This document shows positions 10,476 to 21,259 of a stretch of DNA of 64,000 nucleotides, piece by piece (the first letter of the stretch is position 1; each line of letters starts with the position of its first letter). The position numbers and the translations under genes were made by a program. The DNA comes from Candidatus Bathyarchaeia archaeon (GTDB lineage Archaea; Thermoproteota; Bathyarchaeia; 40CM-2-53-6), in contig JBEKFP010000003.1 in assembly GCA_050013255.1 (NCBI GenBank), positions 1-64,000 of the forward strand. Direction: 5' to 3'. The notes beneath the pieces were generated by a model, which did no database searches, was not told where the DNA came from, and saw only the letters and a list, made by a program, of their open reading frames with translations.

Positions 10476-11069
10476 TTGCCAACCGAACTGAGTAAAGAAT
10501 CACAGGCCAAGGCTGAGAAAAACCAATCTGTCCAACAGATGCGGAAGGAGCTGGAGCAAGTTACTGAGGAGAAGGAGCAGAGCGAAAAGAAGGCGGCTGA
10601 TTACTTGGAGCGGTTACAGCGTCTTCAGGCGGATATGGAGAACCTTCAGAAAATTACAAAGCGCCAGGTTGACACCGTAACTAAGCAGGCCTCTGAAAGG
10701 CTACTGGTCAACTTGCTGCCGGTTCTGGACGCTTTGGAACAGGCTGGAAAATTGACCCAATTTGGTGACTCGATGCCTACAGACGAGATTGGGGTAGGGC
10801 TAAAGATGCTACATCAGCAATTCGCAGAAGTCCTGTTCGCCGAAGGTTTAGAGGAAATTCCTGCCGTGGGGGGCCTACTCGATACCGAGCGACACGAAGT
10901 TGTCGGCTACTTGGAAACTGATGATAGGCCTGAGAACACAGTTGTTGAGGAAGTCCGTAAAGGGTTCTTTTTGAATGGGAAAGTGATTCGGCCGAGCCTT
11001 GTCATTGTTACTAAAGCAAAAAGACCTGAGGCTAGGCCAGAAGGAGAGACCGAGGGAGACTCGAACTGA
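10476..11069 (+). CDS. grpE: Nucleotide exchange factor GrpE
   Basis: RLQADMEN, LLPVLDALE, EEVRKGFFLNGKVIRPSLV; lies upstream of dnaK. Confidence 0.95.
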   Translation: MPTELSKESQAKAEKNQSVQQMRKELEQVTEEKEQSEKKAADYLERLQRLQADMENLQKITKRQVDTVTKQASERLLVNLLPVLDALEQAGKLTQFGDSMPTDEIGVGLKMLHQQFAEVLFAEGLEEIPAVGGLLDTERHEVVGYLETDDRPENTVVEEVRKGFFLNGKVIRPSLVIVTKAKRPEARPEGETEGDSN

Positions 11070-11138
11070 GCTCCCATAATGTTTTTGAACTCATAGTTAG
11101 TTCCTTGTTACGTCAAGTAACTATTAGGGGCGCAATAT

Positions 11139-13019
11139 ATGCCAAAGATCATAGGAATTGACCTTGGAACCAGCAACTCAGCGGCTGCAGCCGTAATCGC
11201 TGGACGACCAACCATTATCCCAAGCGCTGAAGGCACTTCGGTGGGCGGGAAGGCGTTTCCATCCTACGTGGCGTTCACCAAAGACGGGCAGTTGCTAGTA
11301 GGGGAACCTGCTAGGCGACAAGCCGTCTCAAACCCTGAGGGTACGGTTCAAGCAATCAAACGCAAGATGGGTACTGATTATAAGGTGCACATTTTCGGCA
11401 AAGATTACACGCCGCAGCAAATTTCCGCTTTCATCCTTCAGAAGATTAAGCGTGATGCGGAGGCTTTCTTGGGGGATAAGGTCGAGAAAGCTGTAATCAC
11501 TGTCCCAGCTTATTTCAATGACAACCAACGCCAGGCAACGAAGGACGCCGGCGCGATAGCGGGCCTTGAGGTTGTTAGAATAATCAACGAGCCAACTGCC
11601 GCATCGCTAGCTTATGGCCTTGACAGGTCCGAGAAGGAGCTCAAAATAATGATCTTCGACCTGGGAGGGGGAACCTTAGACGTTACGATGATGGAGGTGG
11701 GCCGGTCAGACTCCCAGGCAACGCCCGTCTTCGAGGTTCTATCAACTAACGGCGACACCCAACTCGGCGGAACTGACATGGACAATGCACTCATAGACTA
11801 CATAGCCGGCGACTTCAAAGCGAGCACCGGAATAGACCTGCGCAATGATAAGGTAGCCATTCAGAGAGTTCGCGAGGCCGCTGAAAAGGCCAAGATCGAA
11901 TTATCAACCGTGCTGACCACCGACATTAACTTACCATTCATTTCGGCAGACGCAGCGGGTCCAAAACACCTCACGATGAATTTGACCCGGGGTAAATTGG
12001 AGGAAATAGTGAGGCCAACGATCGACCGTTGCCGCGGCCCCACGGAAAAGGCTATTCAAGATGCCAAGCTCACCCCGAAAGATGTTGACAAAATCATTCT
12101 CGTTGGTGGACCGACGCGTATGCCCATTGTTCGAAAATTCGTCCAAGAATACATGGGCAAAGAAGCGGAGAGCGGAGTTGACCCGATGGAATGCGTCGCA
12201 ACGGGGGCATCAATACAGGCGGGCGTGATCGGGGGAGAAGTTCGCGACCTGTTGCTCCTCGATGTTACCCCTCTATCCCTAGGCGTTGAAACTCTCGGCG
12301 GCGTTTCTACGAAGATAATTGATAGGAACACAACGATTCCAACGAGGAGAAGCCAAATCTTCTCGACCGCGGCCGATTTCCAGACCACGGTAACGGTGCA
12401 TGTTCTTCAAGGTGAAAGGCCGATGTCAGCCGACAATGTTTCCTTGGGCATGTTCAATTTGACCGGCATTCCACCCGCACCGCGTGGAGTCCCACAAATC
12501 GAAGTGACATTCGACATAGATGCCAACGGCATACTGAACGTAACTGCAAAAGACTTGGCAACTAACAAAGAGCAGAAAATCACCATAACCGCTTCCACAA
12601 AGCTCTCGAAGGATAACATTGAGAAGATGGTCAAACAAGCGGAGCAATTCGGAACGGAAGACCAAAAACGCAAGGAAGAAGCGGAGCTTCGAAATTCAGC
12701 TGACAACCTCATCTACAGCGCAGAACGCCTAACAAAGGAACTCGCGGGCAAGATATCAAAGGAACAATCTGAGCAAATCATGAAGAGCGTTTCGGAGCTT
12801 CGACAAGCTCTGGCGGGCAAAGATGTCGGGGAGATTAAGCAAAAGCTCGAAGCACTCCAGAAGGTTATGCAGGACGTTGGAACCGCAGCTTACCAGCAAG
12901 TGGCTCAGAAGCAAGCCGGACCAGCCGGACCAGCTGGCCCATCCGCATCAGGCCCGCAAAGTGAAACCCCGGCCCAACCGGTTGATGTAGATTACAAAGT
13001 CGTAGACGACAAGAAGTAG
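11139..13019 (+). CDS. dnaK: Chaperone DnaK (Hsp70)
   Basis: [57 protein letters not shown]. Confidence 0.99.
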   Translation: MPKIIGIDLGTSNSAAAAVIAGRPTIIPSAEGTSVGGKAFPSYVAFTKDGQLLVGEPARRQAVSNPEGTVQAIKRKMGTDYKVHIFGKDYTPQQISAFILQKIKRDAEAFLGDKVEKAVITVPAYFNDNQRQATKDAGAIAGLEVVRIINEPTAASLAYGLDRSEKELKIMIFDLGGGTLDVTMMEVGRSDSQATPVFEVLSTNGDTQLGGTDMDNALIDYIAGDFKASTGIDLRNDKVAIQRVREAAEKAKIELSTVLTTDINLPFISADAAGPKHLTMNLTRGKLEEIVRPTIDRCRGPTEKAIQDAKLTPKDVDKIILVGGPTRMPIVRKFVQEYMGKEAESGVDPMECVATGASIQAGVIGGEVRDLLLLDVTPLSLGVETLGGVSTKIIDRNTTIPTRRSQIFSTAADFQTTVTVHVLQGERPMSADNVSLGMFNLTGIPPAPRGVPQIEVTFDIDANGILNVTAKDLATNKEQKITITASTKLSKDNIEKMVKQAEQFGTEDQKRKEEAELRNSADNLIYSAERLTKELAGKISKEQSEQIMKSVSELRQALAGKDVGEIKQKLEALQKVMQDVGTAAYQQVAQKQAGPAGPAGPSASGPQSETPAQPVDVDYKVVDDKK

Positions 13020-13043
13020 CAATGATACCGCGGCCGACCAGAA

Positions 13044-14129
13044 TTGTCGAAACGTGACTACTACGATATACTTGGTGTGCCGCGCAGTTCGAGCAAAGAC
13101 CAAATCAAAAACGAATACAGAAAACTTGCCCTCAAGTACCATCCCGACCGAAACAAAGAGCCCGGCGCTGAAGACAAATTCAAGGACATATCCGAGGCTT
13201 ACGCCATCCTCTCGGATGATGATAAGCGGGCACAATACGATAGCTATGGCCACGCGGGCATAGATTCACGGTACTCCACGGAGGACATTTTCCGAGGAGT
13301 AAACTTCGACGAGGTATTCAGAGATATCGGTTTCGGGTCCGGCGGATTCGAGTCAATCTTCGACATGTTCTTTGGCGGGCGCGAGCAGCCGCGGCGCCCG
13401 GCGAGGGGCGGCGACCTACGTTATGATCTCGAAATATCCTTGGAGCAAGCGTACTCCGGCCTTGCCACTGAAATAGAAGTCCCTAGACGGGAACGCTGCT
13501 CAGAATGTAACGGCACGGGGGCGAAGCCTGGGACTTCGCCAAAGAAGTGTCCGGAATGTGGAGGCACTGGCCAAATCCAACATGTCCAAACTCGGGGATT
13601 CATCCATTTCGCTCGAATTGAGCCCTGCCGTAAATGCCGTGGTAGAGGAACGATAATCGAGAAACCTTGCACCGCGTGCCGTGGGGTAGGAATCGTTGAA
13701 CGCCACAGGCGAATCAACATAAGGATTCCCCCTGGTGTCGATACTGGTTCTCAGTTAATCCTACGTGGCGAGGGGGACGCAGCTGATGGGGGCGGGCAGA
13801 GGGGGAACCTGTACGTCGTCGTTAACGTCAGGCCGCACGATGTATTCAGAAGAGAGGGAAACGACCTTCTCTCCAATATCGACGTAAACCTTTCCAAGGC
13901 CATTCTAGGCGGTGAGATCGAAGTTCCAACATTGGATGGGCCTGCGAAAATAGTGATCCCTCCCGGAACACAGAGTGCAGCGGTTTTCCGCCTAAGAAGG
14001 AAGGGAATGTCAAGCCTTCGCGAGAACGATAGAGGAGATGAACTTGTCGTAGTTCGTGTGAAGACCCCTTCGAAACTAACCTCCAAGCAACGCGAATTAG
14101 TCGAAGAGCTCTCGCGAGAGGGCCTCTGA
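13044..14129 (+). CDS. dnaJ: Chaperone DnaJ
   Basis: J domain with HPD, G/F region, four CxxCxGxG repeats. Confidence 0.98.
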   Translation: MSKRDYYDILGVPRSSSKDQIKNEYRKLALKYHPDRNKEPGAEDKFKDISEAYAILSDDDKRAQYDSYGHAGIDSRYSTEDIFRGVNFDEVFRDIGFGSGGFESIFDMFFGGREQPRRPARGGDLRYDLEISLEQAYSGLATEIEVPRRERCSECNGTGAKPGTSPKKCPECGGTGQIQHVQTRGFIHFARIEPCRKCRGRGTIIEKPCTACRGVGIVERHRRINIRIPPGVDTGSQLILRGEGDAADGGGQRGNLYVVVNVRPHDVFRREGNDLLSNIDVNLSKAILGGEIEVPTLDGPAKIVIPPGTQSAAVFRLRRKGMSSLRENDRGDELVVVRVKTPSKLTSKQRELVEELSREGL

Positions 14130-14140
14130 GCTAGTTACGA

Positions 14141-14953
14141 TTATAGTCTTCTAACGAGTGACAAGAGTTGCTCGTGTACTTTCGGCCCACCCGCCAAGAT
14201 TGAGCGCGTGAACTTCCTCCAGCTATTGCCCGACGAGTTTGTTACTCGGCCCTTCGCTTCCTCTAGGATCAGGCAACCGGCGGCCGTCTCGTAAATCGGT
14301 GATTTTTGAAAGACCGTTACGACTCCATCGAACCTACCGGAAGCTACGGAACACAAGTTTAACGCGACGCTTCCCGGAGACCGGAGCCTGCGCGTATAAT
14401 CATAGAGGCGCTCCTCAAGTCTCAACGGATTAGGGACCGAGGGTTCTTTATCCCACCATTCGAAAATTAGGGCCGAATTTCTTAGCGATCTCGTGTTGGA
14501 AACATGGATTAGCTTACCATTCAAATGCGAGCCCCTTCGTTGGCATCCAGTGTACATTTCATCCAAAACAGGGTTGTATATTGCGCCTGCCACGGGCTCT
14601 CCCTTTAGTAGCACGCCGATTGACACTGCAAAGTATGGTATCCTCTTTGCGTAATTCAATGTCCCATCAAGTGGATCCAGCGCCCAAACGATGTCGCGCG
14701 AACCACAGTTTATGATACCTGTTTCCTCAGAATTCACTGTTGATTTGATCCTACTTCGTTTTATGTTTCCCAAAATGATTCTTTCGGATTCTATGTCAGC
14801 GTTGGTGACGATGCTACCGGGGTAATCATACTTCCGCTTAATGGAGAGTTTTTTCGAGCTTTGAAACAACTTCAGAAGTTTCTTTCCCGCCTCCTCGGCG
14901 CTGGCGGCGGCTACCTCTAGCAGGTCCTCAGGGTCGGTGATCATGTCATTCAA
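14141..14953 (-). CDS. suhB: Inositol monophosphatase family protein
   Basis: SEE, WALDPLDGTLNY, GSVALNLCSVASGRFDG. Confidence 0.88.
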   Translation of the reverse strand: MNDMITDPEDLLEVAAASAEEAGKKLLKLFQSSKKLSIKRKYDYPGSIVTNADIESERIILGNIKRSRIKSTVNSEETGIINCGSRDIVWALDPLDGTLNYAKRIPYFAVSIGVLLKGEPVAGAIYNPVLDEMYTGCQRRGSHLNGKLIHVSNTRSLRNSALIFEWWDKEPSVPNPLRLEERLYDYTRRLRSPGSVALNLCSVASGRFDGVVTVFQKSPIYETAAGCLILEEAKGRVTNSSGNSWRKFTRSILAGGPKVHEQLLSLVRRL

Positions 14954-14975
14954 CTCGCTGCGATCGAGCCCTCGA

Positions 14976-15224
14976 CTACCCAGCCTGAAGGCCGTCGACC
15001 AACGCAGTCTGGCCCTTACTGAGCCAGTTCTCCGTAATTTCGGTTATCAAAAGTAGCAAGCCGATGATGAGCATAAGGGCTCCTGCAGTTGCTAAAATTG
15101 GAACGCTTGCGTAGGCCGCGTAGTGAGTTAGCATTGAACCGATTGCGAGGGCAATGAAGGAGATTCCCAGTGCCATCAAGATTATAGCGATAACACCACG
15201 CCTTCGCAATTGGAGTCTGGCCAA
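14976..15224 (-). CDS. Small 2-TM membrane protein
   Basis: Two clear hydrophobic helices; co-oriented with the IMPase gene. Confidence 0.6.
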   Translation of the reverse strand: MARLQLRRRGVIAIILMALGISFIALAIGSMLTHYAAYASVPILATAGALMLIIGLLLLITEITENWLSKGQTALVDGLQAG

Positions 15225-15283
15225 GCTCGCAAGTGGAATGCTTTAAACTTCCCCTATTCTAGGGACGCCTTCAGGCGGAGTAA

Positions 15284-15781
15284 ATGGATTGGTTTCCTGA
15301 ATTTGTTCTCAAGTACCTGAACTTCACTGGAAAATGCTACCGGCACTGCGATAAACCTACGGCGATGACAGTTGTTTCACAGAATTCAACCAGCCTAGTT
15401 GGTGCTTACCTTTGCCCCGAAGGGTTTGTTTCTCAAGTTGTATACTTTAGCACCCAACCTGACCCAGAATGGTTCGAACATTCGCTTCGCGAGCAGATCG
15501 GACAAGAAAACGTGAATCATAGAGATTTGCGAGTCGCTTCGCGCCATGGCTGGGAGCTTGGAGGAGATGCGCAAGAAATCCTAGACTCTAGGTTGGGGGA
15601 AGGCGCCGACGTCACTGAGATTTATTGGACTAGATATCCTAAAACTGAAGAGCAAAAGCAGCAGGCCGTTTCCCTTTGCGTGAGGGACGGGTCGAAGGTT
15701 GGTTGTATGAAGTTGTTCATGCACGATCGGAACTCAGTAGAGCGGCTCTGCCCTTCTTGCAGAGCGAAGACCAGAAAATGA
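15284..15781 (+). CDS. Hypothetical Cys-rich protein (possible zinc binding)
   Basis: ATG start, CYRHC...CPEG and C-terminal C..C...CPSC. Confidence 0.65.
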   Translation: MDWFPEFVLKYLNFTGKCYRHCDKPTAMTVVSQNSTSLVGAYLCPEGFVSQVVYFSTQPDPEWFEHSLREQIGQENVNHRDLRVASRHGWELGGDAQEILDSRLGEGADVTEIYWTRYPKTEEQKQQAVSLCVRDGSKVGCMKLFMHDRNSVERLCPSCRAKTRK

Positions 15782-15783
15782 AA

Positions 15784-16122
15784 CTACCCGGCCGACTTGA
15801 GCAAACCTGTATAGTACTTGCTCGTAAAGAAATTGTCCCATCTAGCGCTTGTAACCTGAACTCCTTCCGAGAACCCGGTGAAAATGTGCAGTATGCTCCC
15901 GTCGTCCTGCTCGATGAATACTTGTGGCACAAGGTAGTCCTCTGCAAAGTCACCGTGTTCCTTTACCAGCATGTCCGCCTCCTTCTCTTGGTCAGGTGGG
16001 TCTATGTCTAAGACTCGCAGCTCAACGTTCAATTCCCTCGCCATCCGCTGCGCCCTCTCGAGGGATAGCGGGACGCAGTGTGGGCACCACTGGGCAAGAA
16101 CAATCGTTATCCGACGCAACAC
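15784..16122 (-). CDS. Thioredoxin/glutaredoxin-like protein
   Basis: WCPHC active site, VPQVFI cis-Pro motif. Confidence 0.85.
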   Translation of the reverse strand: MLRRITIVLAQWCPHCVPLSLERAQRMARELNVELRVLDIDPPDQEKEADMLVKEHGDFAEDYLVPQVFIEQDDGSILHIFTGFSEGVQVTSARWDNFFTSKYYTGLLKSAG

Positions 16123-16197
16123 AAACCACTCCCGAAGGCGTTTACTACTCTTAGCTTTAATTCATTACGAAAGCTCCTCAAGAAACTAGGGATTCGC

Positions 16198-16854
16198 ATG
16201 CATTCTGGGAAGACGCTCATCATGTGCGATTTTGACGAGACCATCGTCAATGTCGACACCGCCGAATTTGCACTGGAGCGTTTTGCAGATCCAAGTTGGA
16301 GATGGATCGAAGAGCAATTTGAGAGCGGCAAGATTACCTTCGAAGAGTCTATACGAAATGAATTCGCCATGATCAAAGCTAACGAGCATCAGATACTGGA
16401 AGTGCTGGACAAAGTAGTAGTCTTCAGGCCAAACTTCGATAAGCTAGTCGAGTCTTGCAAGAAAAAGCGTCTGCCACTGACTATTGTGAGCGCCGGACTC
16501 GAGTTTTGTATACGTCATTTCCTAGGTCGGCAGGACTGGTTGGAGTTTATGGAGATATATGCCCCGAAAGCTACGTACACTCCCAACGGTTACGCACTGA
16601 CCTTCCCTAAATCGTTGGGAACCGGGGCAATCAACTTCAAGGATGACCTAGTCAGGTACCACAAAAAACAGGGCGACAGGGTGTTCTACATAGGTGATGG
16701 AATAGGGGACTTCCCGGCTGCGAGAGAAGCCGATTTTGCATTCGCAATCAAGGGCTCTAAATTAGCGGAGGCATGCCGCACTGGAAAGGTCACCCACAGG
16801 GAAATTAGCGACTTTCAAGAAGTTGTTGACGCAATCGACGAATTGAAGGGCTGA
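16198..16854 (+). CDS. MtnX-like HAD-IB phosphatase
   Basis: CDFDETI motif I, IVSAG, YIGDGIGD; ATG 16198 preferred. Confidence 0.85.
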   Translation: MHSGKTLIMCDFDETIVNVDTAEFALERFADPSWRWIEEQFESGKITFEESIRNEFAMIKANEHQILEVLDKVVVFRPNFDKLVESCKKKRLPLTIVSAGLEFCIRHFLGRQDWLEFMEIYAPKATYTPNGYALTFPKSLGTGAINFKDDLVRYHKKQGDRVFYIGDGIGDFPAAREADFAFAIKGSKLAEACRTGKVTHREISDFQEVVDAIDELKG

Positions 16855-16915
16855 GAACGCACTCAAACAAGTTTTATTCGAGCATAGAATACGGGTCTGT
16901 CCGGGGCTTCGTGTA

Positions 16916-17809
16916 TTGATTGTAATTGGAGGTTCATCGTCCGAAACCCTTGCATCGAAGGTTGCACAAGAACTTAATCTGAAATCAGGAACATTGGATG
17001 TTCGACGTTTTCCAGATGGGGAGAAGTATCTCCGTGTGGTCGATGATGTCAAGAACGAAAACGTTGCCGTGATTCAATCAATACATCATACACCTGATGA
17101 ATTACTCTTCGAATATCTACTGCTCGTTGACACACTGAAGGATTTGGGAGCCAGCAGGGTTACCGCGTTCATACCCTACTTCGCCTACGCGAGACAGGAT
17201 GAACGCTTCAAACCTGGCGAAGCGCTAAGCTTCAGGACTGTCACAAAACTCATGGAGAGCGTCGGGACCGATGAGATTTACACGATCGACATGCATCAGC
17301 ATCGCGTCCTGAAGTCTTCGGAGGTCTTCAAGATACCCTCGCATAATCTGTCTGCAATGCCTCTTCTCGCTGATTACGTTAAGAAAACGGGGGAAGTACA
17401 GAAGCCATTGGTGATTGGGCCAGATACAGAAGCTGAGCAGTGGGCGAAAATCGCCGCCGACAGGCTCGGGACTGACTACGATGTTTTCGAGAAAAAGCGG
17501 CTTGGAGATGACCATGTGGAAGTCCGCCCTAGGAGGTCGAACGCCAAGGGACGAGATGTGTTAATCGTTGATGACATAATCAGCACCGGAGGAACGATCG
17601 TCGAAGCCTCGAAAATACTCTTGTCACAAGGGGCGAATAAAGTCGCCGTTGCCTGCACTCACCCGATCCTAGCGCCCGGCGCACTTGAGAAAATACAGAA
17701 CGCAAGGGTAGTTAGCGTCGTCGGGACTGACACTGTTCCGAGTCCAATCAGTCGCGTAAGCGTGGCCCCATTGATTGCCAGTGAAATCAAAAAGGCAGGA
17801 ATGAAGTGA
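16916..17809 (+). CDS. prs: Ribose-phosphate pyrophosphokinase
   Basis: RFPDGE, PYFAYARQD, IVDDIISTGGT. Confidence 0.95.
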   Translation: MIVIGGSSSETLASKVAQELNLKSGTLDVRRFPDGEKYLRVVDDVKNENVAVIQSIHHTPDELLFEYLLLVDTLKDLGASRVTAFIPYFAYARQDERFKPGEALSFRTVTKLMESVGTDEIYTIDMHQHRVLKSSEVFKIPSHNLSAMPLLADYVKKTGEVQKPLVIGPDTEAEQWAKIAADRLGTDYDVFEKKRLGDDHVEVRPRRSNAKGRDVLIVDDIISTGGTIVEASKILLSQGANKVAVACTHPILAPGALEKIQNARVVSVVGTDTVPSPISRVSVAPLIASEIKKAGMK

Positions 17810-18615
17810 CAGGTTCCAAGAGAAACCTCTGGGTTACCTTCGACCTTTGGGGAACGCTCTTCATCGACCGCCCTGAGTTAGACGACGCTCGGAACGGAAT
17901 GAGATGCGAAAGGATGCGCCGGGTACTTTCGGAATCCGACACTAGAGTTTCAGAAGAAGACATGAAGAAGGGTTACGAGCAGAGCGCTACCCAATTCCAA
18001 GCAATTTGGCGGAGCAACAAAGAACTCCTCACAATGGAGCAAATTCGTCTAATCTTGAATGGCGCAGGCCTAAGCGATTTTGTCTCGGATTCTGGGACAG
18101 CTAGGAAACTTGAGAGTGCATATGTTGACCCAATTTTCGATTCTCCTCCAGAGCTTAATGGCGATGCCGTCACAACTCTGCAGGAAATGCGCAACCAAGT
18201 TCGCGGAATCGGACTAATCAGCAACACGGGCCGAAGCCCGGGTACAGCCTTACGCGAACTGCTTAGGAAGTATGGCGTGTTGGGGTTCTTCGATTCAACG
18301 GTTTTCTCCGACCAAGTGGGTTCAAGGAAACCGGATCGCCAGATATTTGAGAAGGCAGTAGCCGCGCTTGGGACGGAACCAGCCAAGGTTGTTCACATTG
18401 GTGATGACCCCGAGGCGGATGCTTGGGGTGCTAAGAACGCTGGCATGAAGGCTCTGCTGTTTGATTATCCCATACCAGAAGGATTCAAGAACCGACCAAG
18501 CTCGTTGTTCGCCCTGTCTAGGTTTGATAGGCGAGTTCCGGATTCTGAGATCAGACCGGATGGCAGGATTAGTTCGCTAAGAGAAGCCCTGGACTTTCTC
18601 GATGCCCAAAATTGA
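17806..18615 (+). CDS. HAD-superfamily hydrolase
   Basis: FDLWGTL, ISNT, KPD..IF, HIGDD...D..GA. Confidence 0.9.
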   Translation: MTGSKRNLWVTFDLWGTLFIDRPELDDARNGMRCERMRRVLSESDTRVSEEDMKKGYEQSATQFQAIWRSNKELLTMEQIRLILNGAGLSDFVSDSGTARKLESAYVDPIFDSPPELNGDAVTTLQEMRNQVRGIGLISNTGRSPGTALRELLRKYGVLGFFDSTVFSDQVGSRKPDRQIFEKAVAALGTEPAKVVHIGDDPEADAWGAKNAGMKALLFDYPIPEGFKNRPSSLFALSRFDRRVPDSEIRPDGRISSLREALDFLDAQN

Positions 18616-18617
18616 TG

Positions 18618-19568
18618 TCAACGGGGGCCGTCTGTTGAAACGAGGTATTTCAGTAGGGTTTCGCGGTTTGGGCTCCCGCGTGTTTCGGCTCGTGTTGCCT
18701 TTAGGCTTCCCGCCACGTTTCCCCAGTTCAACGCCTCAGGTTCACTTCGGCCTTCGGACAGCGCTGCCACAAAGGCGCCAATGAATGCGTCCCCGCAGCC
18801 CACGGTGTTCACGGCTTTCATGCCTAATGACTTCAGGTCAAGGGCTTGAGAGACTATTTGTTCCTTCATACTGTACATGATTGAACCCTTAGCCCCTAAC
18901 TTGGCCACAACTCTCAGCTCACGGTTGATCTTCATCAACTTGCGGACAGCTGCAACACGATTCTTTGTCCCAGTCAAGAAGGCTACTTCAGATTCGTTGG
19001 CTAACACGTAATCGACCTTCTGCAACATTTCCTCGGAATCCTTGAGGCCTCTTCTCGATTTTACGCCAGGGTCCCATACGATGACCTTGTCGAGTTTTCG
19101 TGCTTCACGGGCCAGCCTTAGAGCAGTTTCGAGAGGGGGATCCATTATTGTGATGACTGATGATTTTGTGATTAGTTCACGCCGTACGGGATCATCCAGG
19201 TGATCTGGGCTGATCTTGGCGTTAGCTCCAAAGTGCGTGTGTATGATGTTTTCTCCCTTTGCGTCGATAATGATGTATGCTTGCCCTGACTCCGTGTTCT
19301 TGACAAACTTGAGGCCTGATACGTCCACCCCTTCGTCTTTGAAAATCCTGACCTGGTCGGACGCTACCGCGTCATCCCCCAGCCCACCCATTATGGCGGC
19401 TTGGTTTGGCCCAAGTAACCTTGCGGCGGCAACCGCAGCGTTACCTGCTTTCCCGCCTGGGACACGTATGATCCGGCGAACAACTACTTCCTCGCCCCTT
19501 CGAGGAAACCTATCGATGAAGAGGTTGAGGTCCCAGTTTATAGCGCCAATGACGACTGTCTTTACCAA
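18618..19568 (-). CDS. rbsK: Ribokinase (PfkB family)
   Basis: GAINWDL, PGGKAGNAAVAAARL, NESE, NTVGCGDAF. Confidence 0.85.
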   Translation of the reverse strand: MVKTVVIGAINWDLNLFIDRFPRRGEEVVVRRIIRVPGGKAGNAAVAAARLLGPNQAAIMGGLGDDAVASDQVRIFKDEGVDVSGLKFVKNTESGQAYIIIDAKGENIIHTHFGANAKISPDHLDDPVRRELITKSSVITIMDPPLETALRLAREARKLDKVIVWDPGVKSRRGLKDSEEMLQKVDYVLANESEVAFLTGTKNRVAAVRKLMKINRELRVVAKLGAKGSIMYSMKEQIVSQALDLKSLGMKAVNTVGCGDAFIGAFVAALSEGRSEPEALNWGNVAGSLKATRAETRGSPNRETLLKYLVSTDGPR

Positions 19569-19664
19569 AGGAACCCACGAGCTAGTAGTCTTCGAATCTA
19601 GATTTGTTTTTATGTATAGTGCGGGTGCGTAAGCGTTTGGCCAACCTATACGGATTCGTTTGAG

Positions 19665-21203
19665 TTGACATCGTCTTCTAAGGTATTCCTCAGGGAAGCC
19701 ACTGGTCTAACAAAGAAAGTTTCGTTACTAGATGCAGTTGCCATCAACGTTAGTTACATGTCTGTCGGGGCAGCTCTCGCCCTGGTTGGGTTTACGATGC
19801 TGGCGCTTCCAACAGTGACAGGTGTCAACCTCGTCTTCGGTTCAGCAATTGCAGCATTACTGGCGGTCCCTCAAATGATCGTATACACTATGATGTCACG
19901 TCGCGTATCGAGGACTGGAGGGGATTATGTGTGGATGTCGCGGTCGCTTGGTGGTTTTCTCGGGAGCACTGTAACGTTAATGGGTATCACGCTCGAAACG
20001 ATGCCCTACCTCGCGCTCATCGCATTGTCAGCCGTGTTCGCTGTTGGTTCTGTCGGGCTATCCCTTGGTTACTCAAGCATGTTGGGTCTCGCGTTACCAG
20101 GCAACATAACGGGCTCCGATCCCTTCTCGCAGTTCCTGTTAGCCTCTATACTCGTCTTCACGCTAATCGTAATCAACATACTGAGGCCGAGGCTCGGATT
20201 CAAATTGATCTCAACGTTCTGGATTATCGGCATGGCTGCCGTAGCCCTTGCCGTTGCGACAATACTCACGGCTGGCACGGCGGGTGTAGAGAAATACGTT
20301 AACGGACTGAATATTCCGAATACGACCTACGCCTCTCTCGCCAGCTCATACTCCGGGCCCGCTTTCGATTTGAAATCAACTCTCTTAATGATGCCTTACT
20401 TTGCGCTCTTCACGTATCCATGGTTTAACGCCGCGCCCTCAGTGGGTTCCGAGTTGGCGGGCAAAGCATCGAAGTGGAACGTTCCAATCTCGCTCTTGCT
20501 AGCCTTCCTCGTCGTTACTATTCCATTTGGATCTATGTACTATGTTGGAGGGTTTCAGTTCATGACCGCAGCGTTCTCAAACCCAACTCTAGTGAACAAT
20601 TACTCCTTCAATTTCTGGACTTTGGCTATGGGCGTATCGTCGAATTATGTGCAGGCTTGGATAATAGGCATCGGCTGGATCGTGCTGACCATTGCAATCT
20701 TAGCTTTCGGCATAATCACCATCTCCAGGTACATGCTGGCACAAGCATTCGATCGGTACCTTCCGTCACAGCTTGCCTACGTAAGCCCGAAATACGGCTC
20801 GCCCGTCGTCGCGCATTTACTTGACCTTGGAGTAACCATAGTCCTGATCGGCCTAGCTGCCTTTCTCTACGGAACGCTTTCCTCGCTCTACGGTGCCGTG
20901 ATGGCTTCAATGATTTACTTCGCTTTCGTCGGAATTGCAGCCGTAATCTATGCTGTGAGGAAGGAGAGGGGAGGCTCCAAGGTTCTTCTTGCAACCGCGG
21001 GGATCCTACAATCCCTTGTCTTCGCCTATCTGACCTACGAGTTCCTAAGCTACCCAAGAGTTTGGGGAGGTAACCCGTTAGCGTACGGCTACATAGCCGC
21101 CACTTTCATCGTGGGCGCCCTACTGTACGTAATCACGAAGAACAAGCGTCGGAATGAGGGTTTGAACATATCACTAACGTTCAAAGAGATTCCCCCAGAA
21201 TAG
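19665..21203 (+). CDS. APC-family amino acid permease
   Basis: FLREATGL N-terminus, RTGGDYVWMSR, 12 or more TM helices, FKEIPPE C-terminus. Confidence 0.9.
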   Translation: MTSSSKVFLREATGLTKKVSLLDAVAINVSYMSVGAALALVGFTMLALPTVTGVNLVFGSAIAALLAVPQMIVYTMMSRRVSRTGGDYVWMSRSLGGFLGSTVTLMGITLETMPYLALIALSAVFAVGSVGLSLGYSSMLGLALPGNITGSDPFSQFLLASILVFTLIVINILRPRLGFKLISTFWIIGMAAVALAVATILTAGTAGVEKYVNGLNIPNTTYASLASSYSGPAFDLKSTLLMMPYFALFTYPWFNAAPSVGSELAGKASKWNVPISLLLAFLVVTIPFGSMYYVGGFQFMTAAFSNPTLVNNYSFNFWTLAMGVSSNYVQAWIIGIGWIVLTIAILAFGIITISRYMLAQAFDRYLPSQLAYVSPKYGSPVVAHLLDLGVTIVLIGLAAFLYGTLSSLYGAVMASMIYFAFVGIAAVIYAVRKERGGSKVLLATAGILQSLVFAYLTYEFLSYPRVWGGNPLAYGYIAATFIVGALLYVITKNKRRNEGLNISLTFKEIPPE

Positions 21204-21259
21204 CAATATCCGCTGCCTCAACCGGAGTAATCCTAAACTTAGAATCGCTGCTGGAGACT

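Noticed and set aside
12914-12941. GCCGGACCA tandem repeat in dnaK
   Set aside because: Encodes an ordinary AGP low-complexity C-terminal linker.
10476-14129. grpE-dnaK-dnaJ as a recent horizontal island
   Set aside because: This operon is well known in mesophilic archaea, including several TACK lineages, and there are no mobility signals nearby.
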